DNA of 64,000 nt from an uncultured Gemmatimonadaceae bacterium (GCA_963790305.1 CAWBOC010000009.1:32001-96000); one strand, 5' to 3'. Numbered from the stretch's first letter, positions 30,272 through 43,440 are shown. The notes: generated by a model from the letters alone, not told the origin. Numbers and translations are program-made.

Positions 30272-33200
30272 CTAGCTCACTCTTTTCAGGGCGACGCGCA
30301 CATGGAGCCCATCGAGCTCCAGTGACTGCGTCACGTTGACGGTAGTCGGGAAGGTCTCGCCCACACTCAATTCGCGGGCCAGAACCTCGGCGGAAATATA
30401 GTCGGTGAACTCGCGCGCGGTGGCCTCGAGTTCCGGGTCGCCCGCGACGTAGACGACGATCCGGTCGCTCACCGCGAAACCTGCCTCCTTGCGCATTCGC
30501 TGGATCTTGCTCACCAGCTCCCGGGCGAACCCCTCGCGGCGGAGCGCCGGCGTCACGCTGGGGTCGATCGCGGCGAAGAAGCCGCCGGCCTCCTTCACGA
30601 CGAGGGTTCCCGACGCTCGCCGCACGACCGTCAGATCTTCAGCGGTCAAATGGTGCGATTGGCCGTTCACCGAGATCGCGACGGGCTCACCGCGCTCGAA
30701 CGCCGCCAGGGCATCGGGGGTCAGGGACGCGACCGCTTGCGCCGCCAGCGGCGTCGCCTTGCCGAATCGCTTGCCCAGGGACCGAAAGTTGGGCTTCGCC
30801 TCGAGTCGGACGAGCGCATCGCCGGTATCCGCGAACTCGACCCGCTTTACGTTGAGCTCCGCCGCCAGGAGCGGCACTAGCTCTGGCAGCGACTTCGACG
30901 CCCCCTGCGGAACCACGCACACCATCCGGCTGAGCGGCTGGCGTACCTTGACGTCAGCCTCCTCGCGGGCCGCGCGCGCGAGCGTCGCTAGCGTTCTCAC
31001 CTGTGTCATCGCCCGCTCGAGGTCCGGCTCCGCATGCACGTTACGCGCGTCGCCGCCGTCGTCGTGCCGCGTGTACGGCGCGGTGTGCACCGTAGTCCCC
31101 GTGAGCTCGCGATGCATCCAGTCGGTCGCGAATGGCGCGAATGGCGCCAGGAGGCGGCAGGTCACGACGAGGATTTCGTGCAGCGTCGCGAACGCCGCTC
31201 GGCTGTCCGGCGTGTCCACGTCGTAGAAGCGGGACCGATTGAGCCGCACGTACCAGTTCGAGACGTCGTCGACCACAAAGTCCATGACCGTCCGCGCCGC
31301 GAGCGTCGCATCGTAGGCTTCGAGCTGCGCGTCGGCCCGGCGCTCGACGCTCGTAAGGCGCGACAGCACCCAGCGATCGATCAGCGGTCGCTCCGCGAGC
31401 GGCGGGTCCGACTCACCCGGTGACCACCCGAAGTTCGCGTACTGGGCGAAAATGCCGCTGGTACACGTTCTTGAGCGTGAGCAGAAACCGGCCGGCGAGC
31501 TCGCGAATGCCGGACTCATCGAACCTCCGCGGGAGCCAGACCTGGCTCGATGCCACGAGAAAAAGGCGCACGGCATCGGCGCCATGGCCTGGAATGACCT
31601 CCCAGGGATCGACGACGTTCCCGCGACTCTTGGACATCTTGAGCCCTTCCGCATCGAGCACGAGATCGTTGACGACCACGGCGCGATACGGGGCTGTATC
31701 GAACGGCGCTCGCCCCCCTGCCCCCTGACTCCTGACTCCTGACTCCTGGTTGTTCGGCAACGCATCGCCCAACCCGGTCGCGATTGCGAGCAGCGAGTAG
31801 AACCATCCTCGCGTCTGATCCACGCCCTCGGCGATGAAGTCCGCGGGGTACTGCGAGGGCAAAATGTCCTGGTTCTCGAAGGGGTAATGCCATTGAGCAA
31901 ACGACATGGACCCCGAGTCGAACCACGTGTCGATGACCTGTGGCACGCGCCGCATCGACCCCTGGCACTTCTCGCATGGCCACTCATACCGGTCGATGAA
32001 TGGCTTGTGCGGATCGAAGTCCGGTGGGAGCGGCCTGCCTAACCGCTCGGACAGCGCGCCATAGGAGCCGATTGCCACAGTGTGCTGCCCATTTCGATCG
32101 CATACCCAGATCGGCAGTGGCGTGCCCCAGTACCGGTCACGCGAGAGCGCCCAGTCGATGTTGTTCGTGAGCCACTCGCCGAAGCGCTTCTGTCCCATCT
32201 CCGGTGGGGTCCAGTTGACGCGGGCGTTGCGCGCCAGCATGCGATCTCGATACGCCGTGGTACGCACGAACCACGAGTCGCGCGCGTAATAGAGGAGAGG
32301 TGTTCCACAGCGCCAGCAATGTGGATACGGGTGTTCGATCGTCCCCGCCTTCCAGAGCGTGCCGCGATGGCGTAGCTCCTCAATGATCAGCGCGTCCGCA
32401 TCCTTCACGAACTTTCCGCCGATGACGGGGAGATCCGCGGGGAACTCCCCGCGGCCGTCAACCGGCTGGAGGAAGGCGAGCCCGTGGCGACGCCCGGCGG
32501 CGTAGTCGTCGGCGCCGAACGCCGGCGCCATGTGCACGATCCCGCTGCCATCTCCGGCCGAGACGAACGACTCCGTCACGATGAGCTCGTGCTTCCCCTC
32601 GCCGTACGGCACCCAGTCGAGCGGACGCCGATAGCGAAGCCCTTCGAGCGCCGCACCGGGCATACGCTGCACGATGCTCCAGCGGTCGGTCCAGTCGTCG
32701 CCTAACACCGCCGCCGCGCGCGCCTCGGCGAGAATGATCGTTCCCTCATTCTCGCGATCGCGCCTCACGAGCTCGAGATAGGTGAGCTCGGGATGAACGG
32801 CCAGCGCGACGTTGGAGACGAGCGTCCAGGGAGTCGTAGTCCAAACCAAGACTCTACGAGAATGCGGAATGCGGGATGCGGAAGTGCTTTCACCGCTATT
32901 CCGCATTCCGGATTCCGCATTCAGCTCCAAGGCGATGTAAACACTGGGATCGCGCACGTCTTCGTATCCCTGCTTGACCTCGTGGTCCGACAGCGCCGTG
33001 CCGCACCGCGGGCAATACGGAAGGATCTTGTGCCCGCGGTAGAGCAGATCCTGACCGTGCAGCGTCGCCAGCGCCCACCACACGCTCTCGACGTAGTCGT
33101 TCGTGTAGGGTGACGTACGCGTCGTCGTAATCGAGCCAGTATCCGATGCGCGCGCTGAGGCGCTCCCAGTCGGCGCGATACCTCCACACGCTCTCGCGGC

Positions 33201-33585
33201 AGAGCTGGTTGAACCGCTCGACGCCAATCTCCTCGATCTGCTGCTTTCCGCTGATGCCGAGCTGCTTCTCGACCTCGATCTCCACCGGAAGCCCGTGCGT
33301 GTCCCACCCCGCCTTTCGCAGGACGCGGTAGCCCTTCATCACGCGGTACCGACAGAACAGATCCTTGATCGTGCGCGAGAAGACGTGGTGGATGCCGGGC
33401 TTTCCGTTCGCCGTCGGCGGGCCCTCGAAGAACACGAAGTTCTCTCGGCCCTCCCGCGCCTCGAGCGTACGCGCGAGAATGTTCTCCTCGGTCCACCGCG
33501 CGAGCATCTCCTCCTCGAGCACACTCGGAAGCTGCTCGGGCGGGAGTGCACGATAGTGCGTGACCGGCTGGTCGACGGCGGTCAC
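30272..33585 (-). CDS. ileS: Isoleucine--tRNA ligase, type 2 (apparent frameshifts near 33110 and 31460)
   Basis: [64 protein letters not shown]; type-2 C-terminus [13 protein letters not shown]. Confidence 0.95.
31713..31749. repeat. Heptamer tandem repeat (CTGACTC) in frame inside ileS
   Basis: ccccctgccccctgactcctgactcctgactcctgg; same unit as 26850-26975. Confidence 0.8.
32860..32922. repeat. Heptamer-repeat hairpin (GAATGCG/CGCATTC) in frame inside ileS
   Basis: gaatgcggaatgcgggatgcggaa...ttccgcattccggattccgcattc. Confidence 0.85.
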
Positions 33586-34379
33586 AGGCGCTCCAGGACG
33601 CCGCGCACGAGCGTGGTGAGCTGCGGTTCGGCGCGTGCGGCGACGGCGATGATTTCGTCGACCTTCGCCGGCTCCAGCGCATCGGGCAGACAGCGGTCGG
33701 TGAAGATCGAGATGCCGAGCACGCGCATCCCGGCATGCACCGCCACGATCACCTCCGGCACCGTCGACATCCCCACGACGTCGGCGCCGGCGTTCCGGAG
33801 CATGCGATATTCCGCTCGCGTCTCGAGATTCGGGCCGGTGACCGCCGCGTAGACGCCCTCGCGGAGGACCATCTTCGCGTCGACCGCCACCTCGCGGGCG
33901 ATCTCTCGCAATGCAGGATCGTACGGCTGGGACATGTCGGGGAACCGCGGGCCGAGCGTGTCGTCGTTAGGGCCGATGAGCGGGTTGTCGCCCAGCAGGT
34001 TGATGTGGTCGGCGATGAGCATCAGCTCACCCTTGTCCCACAGCGGATTCATGACTCCGCACGCGTTCGAGACGACGAGCGTTCTCGCGCCGAGCGCGTG
34101 CATCACACGCACCGGGAACGACACTTCCTGGAGCGAGTATCCCTCGTAGCGGTGGAACCGCCCCTGCATGGCGACGACCTGCTTGCCACCAAGCGTGCCG
34201 AATAGCAATCGGCCGGAGTGGGACTCTACCGTCGACAGCGGAAACCCTGGAATCGCCGCGTAATCGATCGACGCTTGCACGTCGATCTCCCGTCCCAGGG
34301 CGCCCAGTCCCGTACCGAGGATGATCGCGACGTCCGGCGAGCCCGTGTATCGAGACCGGATCGCGGAGACGGCGGCCAT
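33582..34379 (-). CDS. Purine-nucleoside phosphorylase (trimeric type); may start at 34506 via a frameshift
   Basis: [46 protein letters not shown]. Confidence 0.92.
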   Translation of the reverse strand: MAAVSAIRSRYTGSPDVAIILGTGLGALGREIDVQASIDYAAIPGFPLSTVESHSGRLLFGTLGGKQVVAMQGRFHRYEGYSLQEVSFPVRVMHALGARTLVVSNACGVMNPLWDKGELMLIADHINLLGDNPLIGPNDDTLGPRFPDMSQPYDPALREIAREVAVDAKMVLREGVYAAVTGPNLETRAEYRMLRNAGADVVGMSTVPEVIVAVHAGMRVLGISIFTDRCLPDALEPAKVDEIIAVAARAEPQLTTLVRGVLERL

Positions 34380-34502
34380 GATCCGCCCCAGCGCATGCAG
34401 GGCGGTCGGCGGCCGCGCCCTCCGGCGACGCGGCAGGATGCGGCGGCAAGGCGGGTGGCGCGACCGTCGCGCGCGACCCGCCCACAGGGTCCCGCGCTAC
34501 GG

Positions 34503-35066
34503 TCATTCCTTGATCAGTGAATCGAGCCAGGCCGGCGTCTTCTTCTCTGCTCGGGGATCCTCGTAATTCTCGTTTCGCGTCGGCTCGGGCGGTCGCGCGG
34601 GCGCTGTATCGGTCGCGTCGAGCTCGGCGAGCTGTCGCTCGACGATCGCCCGAAGTTGGCCGAGATACGCGCGCCGGGATTTCTCGAGCTGCTTGAGCTC
34701 CACCTCGAGCTTCCGAATCTCACCGCGAGCCGCTTCCAGGAGGCGGTCACCTTCCGCGCGTGCCTCGCGCAGAATCAGCTGCGCCTCGCGCTCGGCCTGC
34801 TCGCGGATCTCGGCGCGCAGTTGCTGCGCGGAGATGAGGGCATCGTTCAGCGCCTTGTCGCGCTCGCGGAACGCGCGGAGCTGCTCGTGGAAGCCCTTCG
34901 CCTTCGCGTCGAGCTCCTGATTCGCTCTCGTGAGGCGCTCGAGCTCTTCCGCCACGCGGTCGCGGAATTCCTCGACGCTGCTCTTTTCATAGCCGCCCAG
35001 ACGTGCCGGCCTGAAGTCGTGGTGCTTGACGTCGACGGACGTCAGCCGAAACGAGTCGTCGATCAT
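34503..35066 (-). CDS. DivIVA-domain protein
   Basis: LTSVDVKHHDF...GGYEKSSVEEF N-domain plus long coiled coil; yggS-divIVA-ileS synteny. Confidence 0.85.
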   Translation of the reverse strand: MIDDSFRLTSVDVKHHDFRPARLGGYEKSSVEEFRDRVAEELERLTRANQELDAKAKGFHEQLRAFRERDKALNDALISAQQLRAEIREQAEREAQLILREARAEGDRLLEAARGEIRKLEVELKQLEKSRRAYLGQLRAIVERQLAELDATDTAPARPPEPTRNENYEDPRAEKKTPAWLDSLIKE

Positions 35067-35746
35067 CGTGGTCTCGCTCCAAACAGGACGGTACCCAGGC
35101 GAATCATGGTGGCGCCCTCTTCCACCGCGATCTCGTAGTCGTTCGACATCCCCATGGACAGCTCGAACGCAGGGTGTCCCGCGTTCTCCAACAGCTCACG
35201 CGCGTCGCGCGCTCCAGCGAACACCCGGCGCAGCACCGGCTCATCCGCGTCCAGCGGCGCCATCACCATCACGCCGCACACTCGCGCACCCGCCAATCCC
35301 GCCAGTCGCTCAGCCTCGGCCGGAAGGTCGCTCGGGGCGTACCCGCCCTTGGTCCCCTCACCGGCGACGTTCACCTGCACAAGCGCATCCACCGCGCGCC
35401 CGCGGGCCAACCCATGGTCGCACACGGCATTAGCGAGACGCGCGCTGTCCAGCGAATGCAACAGCGCAAACCGATCGACCGACTTGACCTTGTTGCGCTG
35501 AAGGTGCCCGATCAGGTGCCATGACACCGGAATGGCGACCTCGCCCATCTTCGCCAACGCTTCCTGCACCTTGTTCTCACCAATGTCCCGAAGCCCGGCG
35601 TCCCAGGCCGCGGTGACCGCGTCGGGACCGTGCGTCTTGGTCACCGCAACGATCGTAACCCGTTGCCCATGTCCCCCGCGGGCCGCGGCTGCGGCGATCC
35701 GGTCCCGCACCTCCGCCACGCGCGCCGGGAGGTGGTCAAAACTCAT
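35063..35746 (-). CDS. yggS: PLP homeostasis protein YggS
   Basis: VAVTKT, GENKVQE, WHLIGHLQRNK, LSMGMSND, IRLGT. Confidence 0.95.
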   Translation of the reverse strand: MSFDHLPARVAEVRDRIAAAAARGGHGQRVTIVAVTKTHGPDAVTAAWDAGLRDIGENKVQEALAKMGEVAIPVSWHLIGHLQRNKVKSVDRFALLHSLDSARLANAVCDHGLARGRAVDALVQVNVAGEGTKGGYAPSDLPAEAERLAGLAGARVCGVMVMAPLDADEPVLRRVFAGARDARELLENAGHPAFELSMGMSNDYEIAVEEGATMIRLGTVLFGARPR

Positions 35747-35754
35747 AACGCCGT

Positions 35755-35783
35755 AACCTATCGGAAGTTACACGTCGAATCAA
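35755..35783 (-). promoter_or_regulatory. Putative sigma70 promoter for yggS (probably leaderless)
   Basis: TTGATT-17nt-TAGGTT, 8 nt before the ATG; no SD sequence. Confidence 0.55.
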
Positions 35784-37675
35784 GCGAACGTAGCGACGCG
35801 GTTCTCCCGCAAGGAGCCCGCAATCACCGAAGGACAACGCAGTGTGCGCGCCATGAATCGCGGCGCCCTGTCCGGTGTGTCCAAAGGCTCGCGCGCGAGC
35901 ACCTTGGCGGGAATGAGCCGTGCCGCCCGCTCCGCCAGCTGGACGTCGCGCGTTATGCCCGGTGGGCCGGGGCGGGCGTGGAAGGTGATCCCGTCGAGGA
36001 GCCAGGCCCGGGAGAGCTGCGAGCGCCGGGCACTGTCCAGGAATACGGACGCGGCGAGCGGACGCCGCTCACGCGCTGCCACGCTCGCCAATGCGCGCAG
36101 CCGCTGGCCCTGGCTCATGCGCGACGTCACCGCCTCGAGGGGCAACAGTCCATGCCGCGTCGCGACTTCCGCGCGGTACCAATCGGCACCGAGCAGCGGC
36201 GCAGTGATGACCGCGACGTCGGGACGTACCCCTTCGACGAGTTGGAGATACCAGAGCGGAAAGGAGTCGTTGTCGCCGCCCGTGACCAGAATCGCGCCCG
36301 CGGGAAGCGGAGCCAGCCATGCCCGTGCCGCGACATGCGCCAACGAGGCCTCTGGCTCGCGACGGCGGTTGGTCACGCGCCAGTTCAGCACGACAGGGAG
36401 GCACGCCACCGCGACGCCTAACCATTGAAGGCGTCGGCTCGACAGGAGACGGACCGCACCGTAGCCGGCCCACGCCCCCCACACGAAAAAGCCGAGAGCA
36501 AAAAAATAGTCCCGCTCGCGCACTTCGTGGCGATCGCCTTCCGGGATGAACGTCCACGCGTAGGACGCCCCCGCCTTGAAGTTCATGTACGCCACGAGTC
36601 CTGCGGTCGCGGACGCAAAGACGGTCATCAGCGCAAGCCAGCTTCGGCGGTCATCCCGCGCGTGCCGCACGCAACCCGTTAGGCCGAGCGCGGCGTAGAT
36701 CGCCGTCCATGGCGTCCGGAGCCACGAGGCGCCCACGGCGGCATCGAGGCCCATGGCGAACTGCCAGTCGAGATACTGAACAAGGTTGCCGAGCTGAATC
36801 CAGAGCGGCGCCTGACGAGGCCACAGTCCGCTCGGGGCATACTGGCGACGGGCGATCACATCGAGGAGCGCGGACCACGTCTCGGGATTTCCGGCATCGA
36901 GCGCGGGGTCGTGTGCCGAGCGCACGAGCAGAACGAGGACTGCCGACAGTCCGAGCAGGACGACTCCGACCATGCTCAGGGCGTCGACTCGCGCTCGCAG
37001 CCCTCCAACCGCCGCAATGATCACCCCGATCAGTATTACGGGCACCGACACCATTCCCCCGCCAGCCGCGATCACTGCTGCGCCAAGGAGCGTCATGGCC
37101 CGCGTCGCGCGCATGCTGCCGGTTTCGTCGAGAGACGCAAGCAGGATCGCCCCCGGCGCGCCAACGAGCGCGCTCATGTGAAGCGGAACGGCCAGCGCGA
37201 AGAGGTAGGCAAGGAGAACGCTCCACCTCGCGTTGCTCTCGCGTCCTGCGCGATCTCCCACCACGAGCATGGCGAGCGACAGCGCGAGTGAGGCGGCGTA
37301 CACCTCCGTCTCGGTGGCGTTCGACCACACGGTCGCCGTCACGCCGGCGCAGACTCCGGCCGCAAGTGCGGCGATGGGCTGCCGTGTCGCGCGGGCCAGC
37401 ATGGCGGCGAGCAGGGCCGCGGCGGCCGCAGTGGCCGCGGCGGAGAACAGGTTCGTCGCCAGGGCGCGGGGGAGGAGCCCGAGCGCATCGCTCCACACGC
37501 GGGCGATGAGGACGTACAGCGGGGTTCCCGGCGGATGCGGGATACCGACGGTCTCGATCGCGGCGATGAACTCGCCCGCATCCCAGAGCGTCACGGTGGG
37601 CGCGACGGTCGCCACGTACACGACGAACAGAAGCGCGCCGGCCAGGGCCGGCGCGAGCCGCTGCCGCGCGAGCAC
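35780..37675 (-). CDS. DUF2723-type polytopic membrane protein (GT-C fold glycosyltransferase-like)
   Basis: TVAPTVTLWDAGEF, IPHPPGTPL, ETEVY, RERDYFF, GDNDSFPLWYLQ. Confidence 0.82.
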   Translation of the reverse strand: MLARQRLAPALAGALLFVVYVATVAPTVTLWDAGEFIAAIETVGIPHPPGTPLYVLIARVWSDALGLLPRALATNLFSAAATAAAAALLAAMLARATRQPIAALAAGVCAGVTATVWSNATETEVYAASLALSLAMLVVGDRAGRESNARWSVLLAYLFALAVPLHMSALVGAPGAILLASLDETGSMRATRAMTLLGAAVIAAGGGMVSVPVILIGVIIAAVGGLRARVDALSMVGVVLLGLSAVLVLLVRSAHDPALDAGNPETWSALLDVIARRQYAPSGLWPRQAPLWIQLGNLVQYLDWQFAMGLDAAVGASWLRTPWTAIYAALGLTGCVRHARDDRRSWLALMTVFASATAGLVAYMNFKAGASYAWTFIPEGDRHEVRERDYFFALGFFVWGAWAGYGAVRLLSSRRLQWLGVAVACLPVVLNWRVTNRRREPEASLAHVAARAWLAPLPAGAILVTGGDNDSFPLWYLQLVEGVRPDVAVITAPLLGADWYRAEVATRHGLLPLEAVTSRMSQGQRLRALASVAARERRPLAASVFLDSARRSQLSRAWLLDGITFHARPGPPGITRDVQLAERAARLIPAKVLAREPLDTPDRAPRFMARTLRCPSVIAGSLRENRVATFA

Positions 37676-37678
37676 GCG

Positions 37679-38479
37679 TTAGGCGCGGAGCTCCAGCACC
37701 GGATGCTCCCCCGTCGGACGCGGGGCGCGTCCGGCGAGCACGTCACGCAGCTGCGGCGCCGTGAGGTTGCGAATCAGCCTGCCCTGCTCCGCCACCGAGA
37801 TGATCGACGTCTCCTCCGACACGACGATGACCAGGGCATCCGTCTCCTCGGAAAGTCCAAGGGCGGCCCGGTGCCGCGTGCCGAGCGTGCGATCGGAAAG
37901 CGGTCGCTGAGAGAGCGGCAGGATGCACCCCGCCCCGATGATCATGTCGCCTCGAATGATCACCGCGCCGTCATGCAGCGGTGAGTACGGCGTGAAGATC
38001 GTCGCCAACAGATCGGCCGACACCTTCGCCTGCATTGCCGAGCCCGAGCCGACGTAATCCCCCAGTCCCATCTCGCGCTCGATCGCCAGAATCGCTCCGA
38101 TTCCCGAGCGGCAGAGGCGCTCGACGGCATCCACGATCTCGTCCGCCACCTCGGCCGCTTCCATCCGCCGGAAGATGCGCGTGAAGCGCGAGTGACCGAG
38201 ATGCGCAAGCGCGGCACGGAGCTCGGGCTGGAACACCACCACCGCGGCGAAGGCACCGTAGGTGAACACGAAGCCGAGCAGATACGTGATCATCGTGAGC
38301 TTGAGCACCCACGCCATCGCGTACACGAGCACGAGCACGATGATGCCGAGGAGCATTCGAAGCGCGCGCGTGCCATGAATGAGGAGCAGCAGCCGGAAGA
38401 TGACGTACGCGACCACGATGATACCGATCGCGTCGCGCCACCCGAACTCGAGGAATCGGAACTGATCGAGAAAGCTCAC
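37679..38479 (-). CDS. cdaA: Diadenylate cyclase CdaA/DacA
   Basis: 3 TMs, FQPELR, PLHDGAV, GTRHRAA. Confidence 0.93.
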   Translation of the reverse strand: MSFLDQFRFLEFGWRDAIGIIVVAYVIFRLLLLIHGTRALRMLLGIIVLVLVYAMAWVLKLTMITYLLGFVFTYGAFAAVVVFQPELRAALAHLGHSRFTRIFRRMEAAEVADEIVDAVERLCRSGIGAILAIEREMGLGDYVGSGSAMQAKVSADLLATIFTPYSPLHDGAVIIRGDMIIGAGCILPLSQRPLSDRTLGTRHRAALGLSEETDALVIVVSEETSIISVAEQGRLIRNLTAPQLRDVLAGRAPRPTGEHPVLELRA

Positions 38480-39335
38480 CCGTTCTGCTCGTGCTGAAGA
38501 ATCGCCCAGGCCACGTCGAGGGCCTGCCGGGCCGCCGCGACATCGTGAACGCGGAAGATACGCGCCCCGAACGCCAGCGCCATCACGTTGGCACCCGTTG
38601 TCCCGTGCACGCGGTCCGCCGGCTCGCGGACCCCGGTGATGTCCCCGAGGAATCGTTTGCGCGAGACGCCCACGAGCACGGGATAGTCGGTGTCGACGAT
38701 CCGTGGCAGCTCGGCGAGCATCGCGAGCGAATGCTCGCTACGCTTCGAGAAGCCGATCCCCGGATCGAGCACGATCGCCTCGCGTCGAACCCCTGCGCGC
38801 TCCGCCGCCTGCGCTCGCGGCAGAAGCTCCCCGAGCACCTCACCGACGACATCATCTCCATACGTCGCGTGCTCGAACGTGGCCATGTCACTCACCCCAC
38901 CGCGGGAATGCATGAGCACGACGCCGGCCCCCGCACGCGCGCATACCTCCGCCATCCGCGCGTCCAGCCGGAACGCTGACACGTCATTGACGATGGCCGC
39001 TCCTTCCCCGAGCGCTCGTTCGGCGACGTCAGCCTTCACCGTATCCACTGAGACGACCGTCTGGGCAAACCGCCGTTTGATGCCCGCGATGACGGGAAGC
39101 ACGCGACGACCCTCTTCGGCCGCATCCACTGGCGTGGCGCCCTGCGGTCGCGTCGACTCTCCACCCACGTCGATGACGTCCGCGCCCTCGGCCACCAACG
39201 CCTCCGCGCGCGCGTGCGCCTCATCAGCGGAAAAAAAACGACCCCCGTCGCTGAACGAATCGGGGGTCACGTTGAGAATCCCCATCACCACTGGACGGTC
39301 GAGAGGGATGGAGCCGAGGGCGTGAACCCACGCCC

Positions 39336-39339
<4 letters not shown>
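38476..39339 (-). CDS. folP: Dihydropteroate synthase
   Basis: MGILNVTPDSFSDGG, DVGGESTRP, DPGIGF, SRKRF, RVHDV. Confidence 0.96.
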
Positions 39340-41317
<1,978 letters not shown>

Positions 41318-41318
<1 letters not shown>

Positions 41319-41869
41319 TACTGCAAGCTCGCTATGTAAGGCAAATGACGGAAGTTCTCGGCGTGATCCAGTCCGTATCCCACCAGGAACTCGTTCGGAG
41401 CATCAAAACCAACCAGCTTCACCGGGTACCGGAGGTGCGTGTCGACGTGCTTGTGCAGGAGAGCGCAAATATCGAGCGAACGAGGACTTCGCACCCTCAG
41501 GAGGTCCATGAGGCGGCTCAACGTCCGCCCCGAGTCGACAATGTCCTCTACAAGAAGAATGTGCTTCCCCTCCAATTCGGTTTCCGGATCGTACACCAGC
41601 TTGACGTTTCCGCTCGATTCCATCTGGTCGCCGTAGCTCGCCGCGACGAGGAAGTCCACCTGTAGCGGACGAGTGACGCTTCGAACGAGATCGCTCAGGA
41701 AGATGAAGCTTCCCTTGAGCAGCCCAAGTACGAGGAGGTCGCCCTCCGGATACATGCGCGTGATCTCGCGGCCAAGCTCAGCGACCCGTTCGGCGATCTG
41801 CTCCGCGCTGTACACGATGCGACGAACCGGACGTCCATCCAGCCGTGGATCAACGGTAGATATGCTCAC
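41318..41869 (-). CDS. hpt: Hypoxanthine phosphoribosyltransferase
   Basis: LLKGSFIF, LLVEDIVDSGRT, FLVGYGLD; GTG at 41869. Confidence 0.95.
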
Positions 41870-43202
41870 AGCGTAACGTGACGTTCGGTCGCCCGGACCG
41901 CGCGGGTGCCGCGAGAGCGCGGCGTACACCAGGAACCCACACTACCTCTCCTCCGGCGACGACCACCGGCCAGCCACGTCGACGCGTCGCGTCAACATTC
42001 GCATCGCGAAACAGCCCCTTGAGCCGGCGTGGTTCTGTCGAGCCTTCCGGAATCATCCGGTCGCCGGGGCGCCATGCACGAACATGAAGCGGTCGATCCG
42101 TGCTCAACGCGGCGGTCCACCGATCCGTCAGCTTCTCCGCCCGAACGAACCGCCAGTCCCCCCACGTTGTGCCAGGCGCGAGCGGTGTCAGGTCAGGCGA
42201 GTCAGCGTGAACGGGGACGCGTCGCACGAGAAACCGGTCACGCTGTCGTACCACCTCGGCGCTCCCGCTCAGCTGAATTCGACCGCCGGGTGACCCTTGA
42301 ATAGTAAACGATACAAGGCGTTCCGTTCCACGGCGATCGAGCGTAACCCCTTGTCGTGCAGCGACTGCCGGCCAGAGGAAGGCGAGCGACTCAGCGTCCA
42401 GCCGAAGGAGCTTCTCCCGCCCAACCACGAGGGCGCCGTCCTGCGTCTCGATCGACAGGCAGTCGTCGATCCAGGAGTCCAGGTCGCTACGTAGCGCCGC
42501 GGCGCGACGAGACAGCTGGAGCAGCTCCCGAGGCAAAGCCGGACTCGCGCGAATGAGCGCTGGCAGCAGGTCCATCCGTACCCGGTTCCGCAGATGGCTG
42601 CGCGAACGGTTGCTCGGGTCTTCGACGAACGGCACCGACCACGTACGCCCGCACTCCGCGATCGTTTCCCGCGTCAGCGTGACGAAAGGACGGCCGATCG
42701 CCGACGGCGCGAGGAGTCCCGCGAGTCCGCGCGCGCCGGAGCCCCGCAGCGCACGCATCACGACGGTTTCGATGTGGTCGTCCAGAGTGTGTGCGGTCAC
42801 TAACCTCGCGGTGAGGTCGGCCGCGACGTTGCCGAGAAATCCCATGCGCTGCCGCCGCCACTCCGCCTCGGTGCGCGCGGGACTGCGGCTCCGTCCACTG
42901 CGCACCGTCAGGCCGAGCACGCGAGCGCGTTCGCCCACGAGCGACGCAGCGGTCGTCGCCGCGACACCGGTCCCGTGATCGAACGTGGCGACAGCCGCGA
43001 CGCTCCCGGGGGCGACGCGCGCGAGCGTCTCGAGGAGCACCATCGAGTCGCGCCCGCCGGACACCGCGACGACGAGTCGAGGTCCGCGCGCCACCTCGGC
43101 CCGCACGGCCTCGGTGGCGAGCGTGACCGGGCTCGCCCGCACCGGCCGCTGCGACGGTCGCGGGCGCCCCAGGCTCCCCCTTGCTACCATGTCTCGATAC
43201 AT
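41850..43202 (-). CDS. tilS: tRNA(Ile)-lysidine synthetase (start uncertain)
   Basis: AVSGGRDS, TAHTLDDHIET, EDPSN...RNRVR; tilS-hpt-ftsH synteny. Confidence 0.92.
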   Translation of the reverse strand: MYRDMVARGSLGRPRPSQRPVRASPVTLATEAVRAEVARGPRLVVAVSGGRDSMVLLETLARVAPGSVAAVATFDHGTGVAATTAASLVGERARVLGLTVRSGRSRSPARTEAEWRRQRMGFLGNVAADLTARLVTAHTLDDHIETVVMRALRGSGARGLAGLLAPSAIGRPFVTLTRETIAECGRTWSVPFVEDPSNRSRSHLRNRVRMDLLPALIRASPALPRELLQLSRRAAALRSDLDSWIDDCLSIETQDGALVVGREKLLRLDAESLAFLWPAVAARQGVTLDRRGTERLVSFTIQGSPGGRIQLSGSAEVVRQRDRFLVRRVPVHADSPDLTPLAPGTTWGDWRFVRAEKLTDRWTAALSTDRPLHVRAWRPGDRMIPEGSTEPRRLKGLFRDANVDATRRRGWPVVVAGGEVVWVPGVRRALAAPARSGRPNVTLRCEHIYR

Positions 43203-43234
43203 TTCCGGCTCCCACTCTCGCGCAGAGGAAAGCT

Positions 43235-43417
43235 GTGGAGACGCAAGGACCGCTCGCAGTGATCTGGGTCGCCGCCGGGCTGATCGCGTTCTATATCGCG
43301 CTGATCTGGATCAACTCACTGCTCGGCCTGTTCCTGACGCCGCTGTTCATCATCCCGCTCACGTGGCTGCAGGACAAGATGAAGAAGCGGAAAGCGAGAA
43401 AGAGTCAGAAGCGCTGA
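43235..43417 (+). CDS. Small membrane protein (60 aa) with basic tail
   Basis: AGAGGA RBS, GTG start, two hydrophobic segments, followed by a terminator. Confidence 0.65.
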   Translation: METQGPLAVIWVAAGLIAFYIALIWINSLLGLFLTPLFIIPLTWLQDKMKKRKARKSQKR

Positions 43418-43440
43418 TCTCAGCGTATTCACGGATTGTC

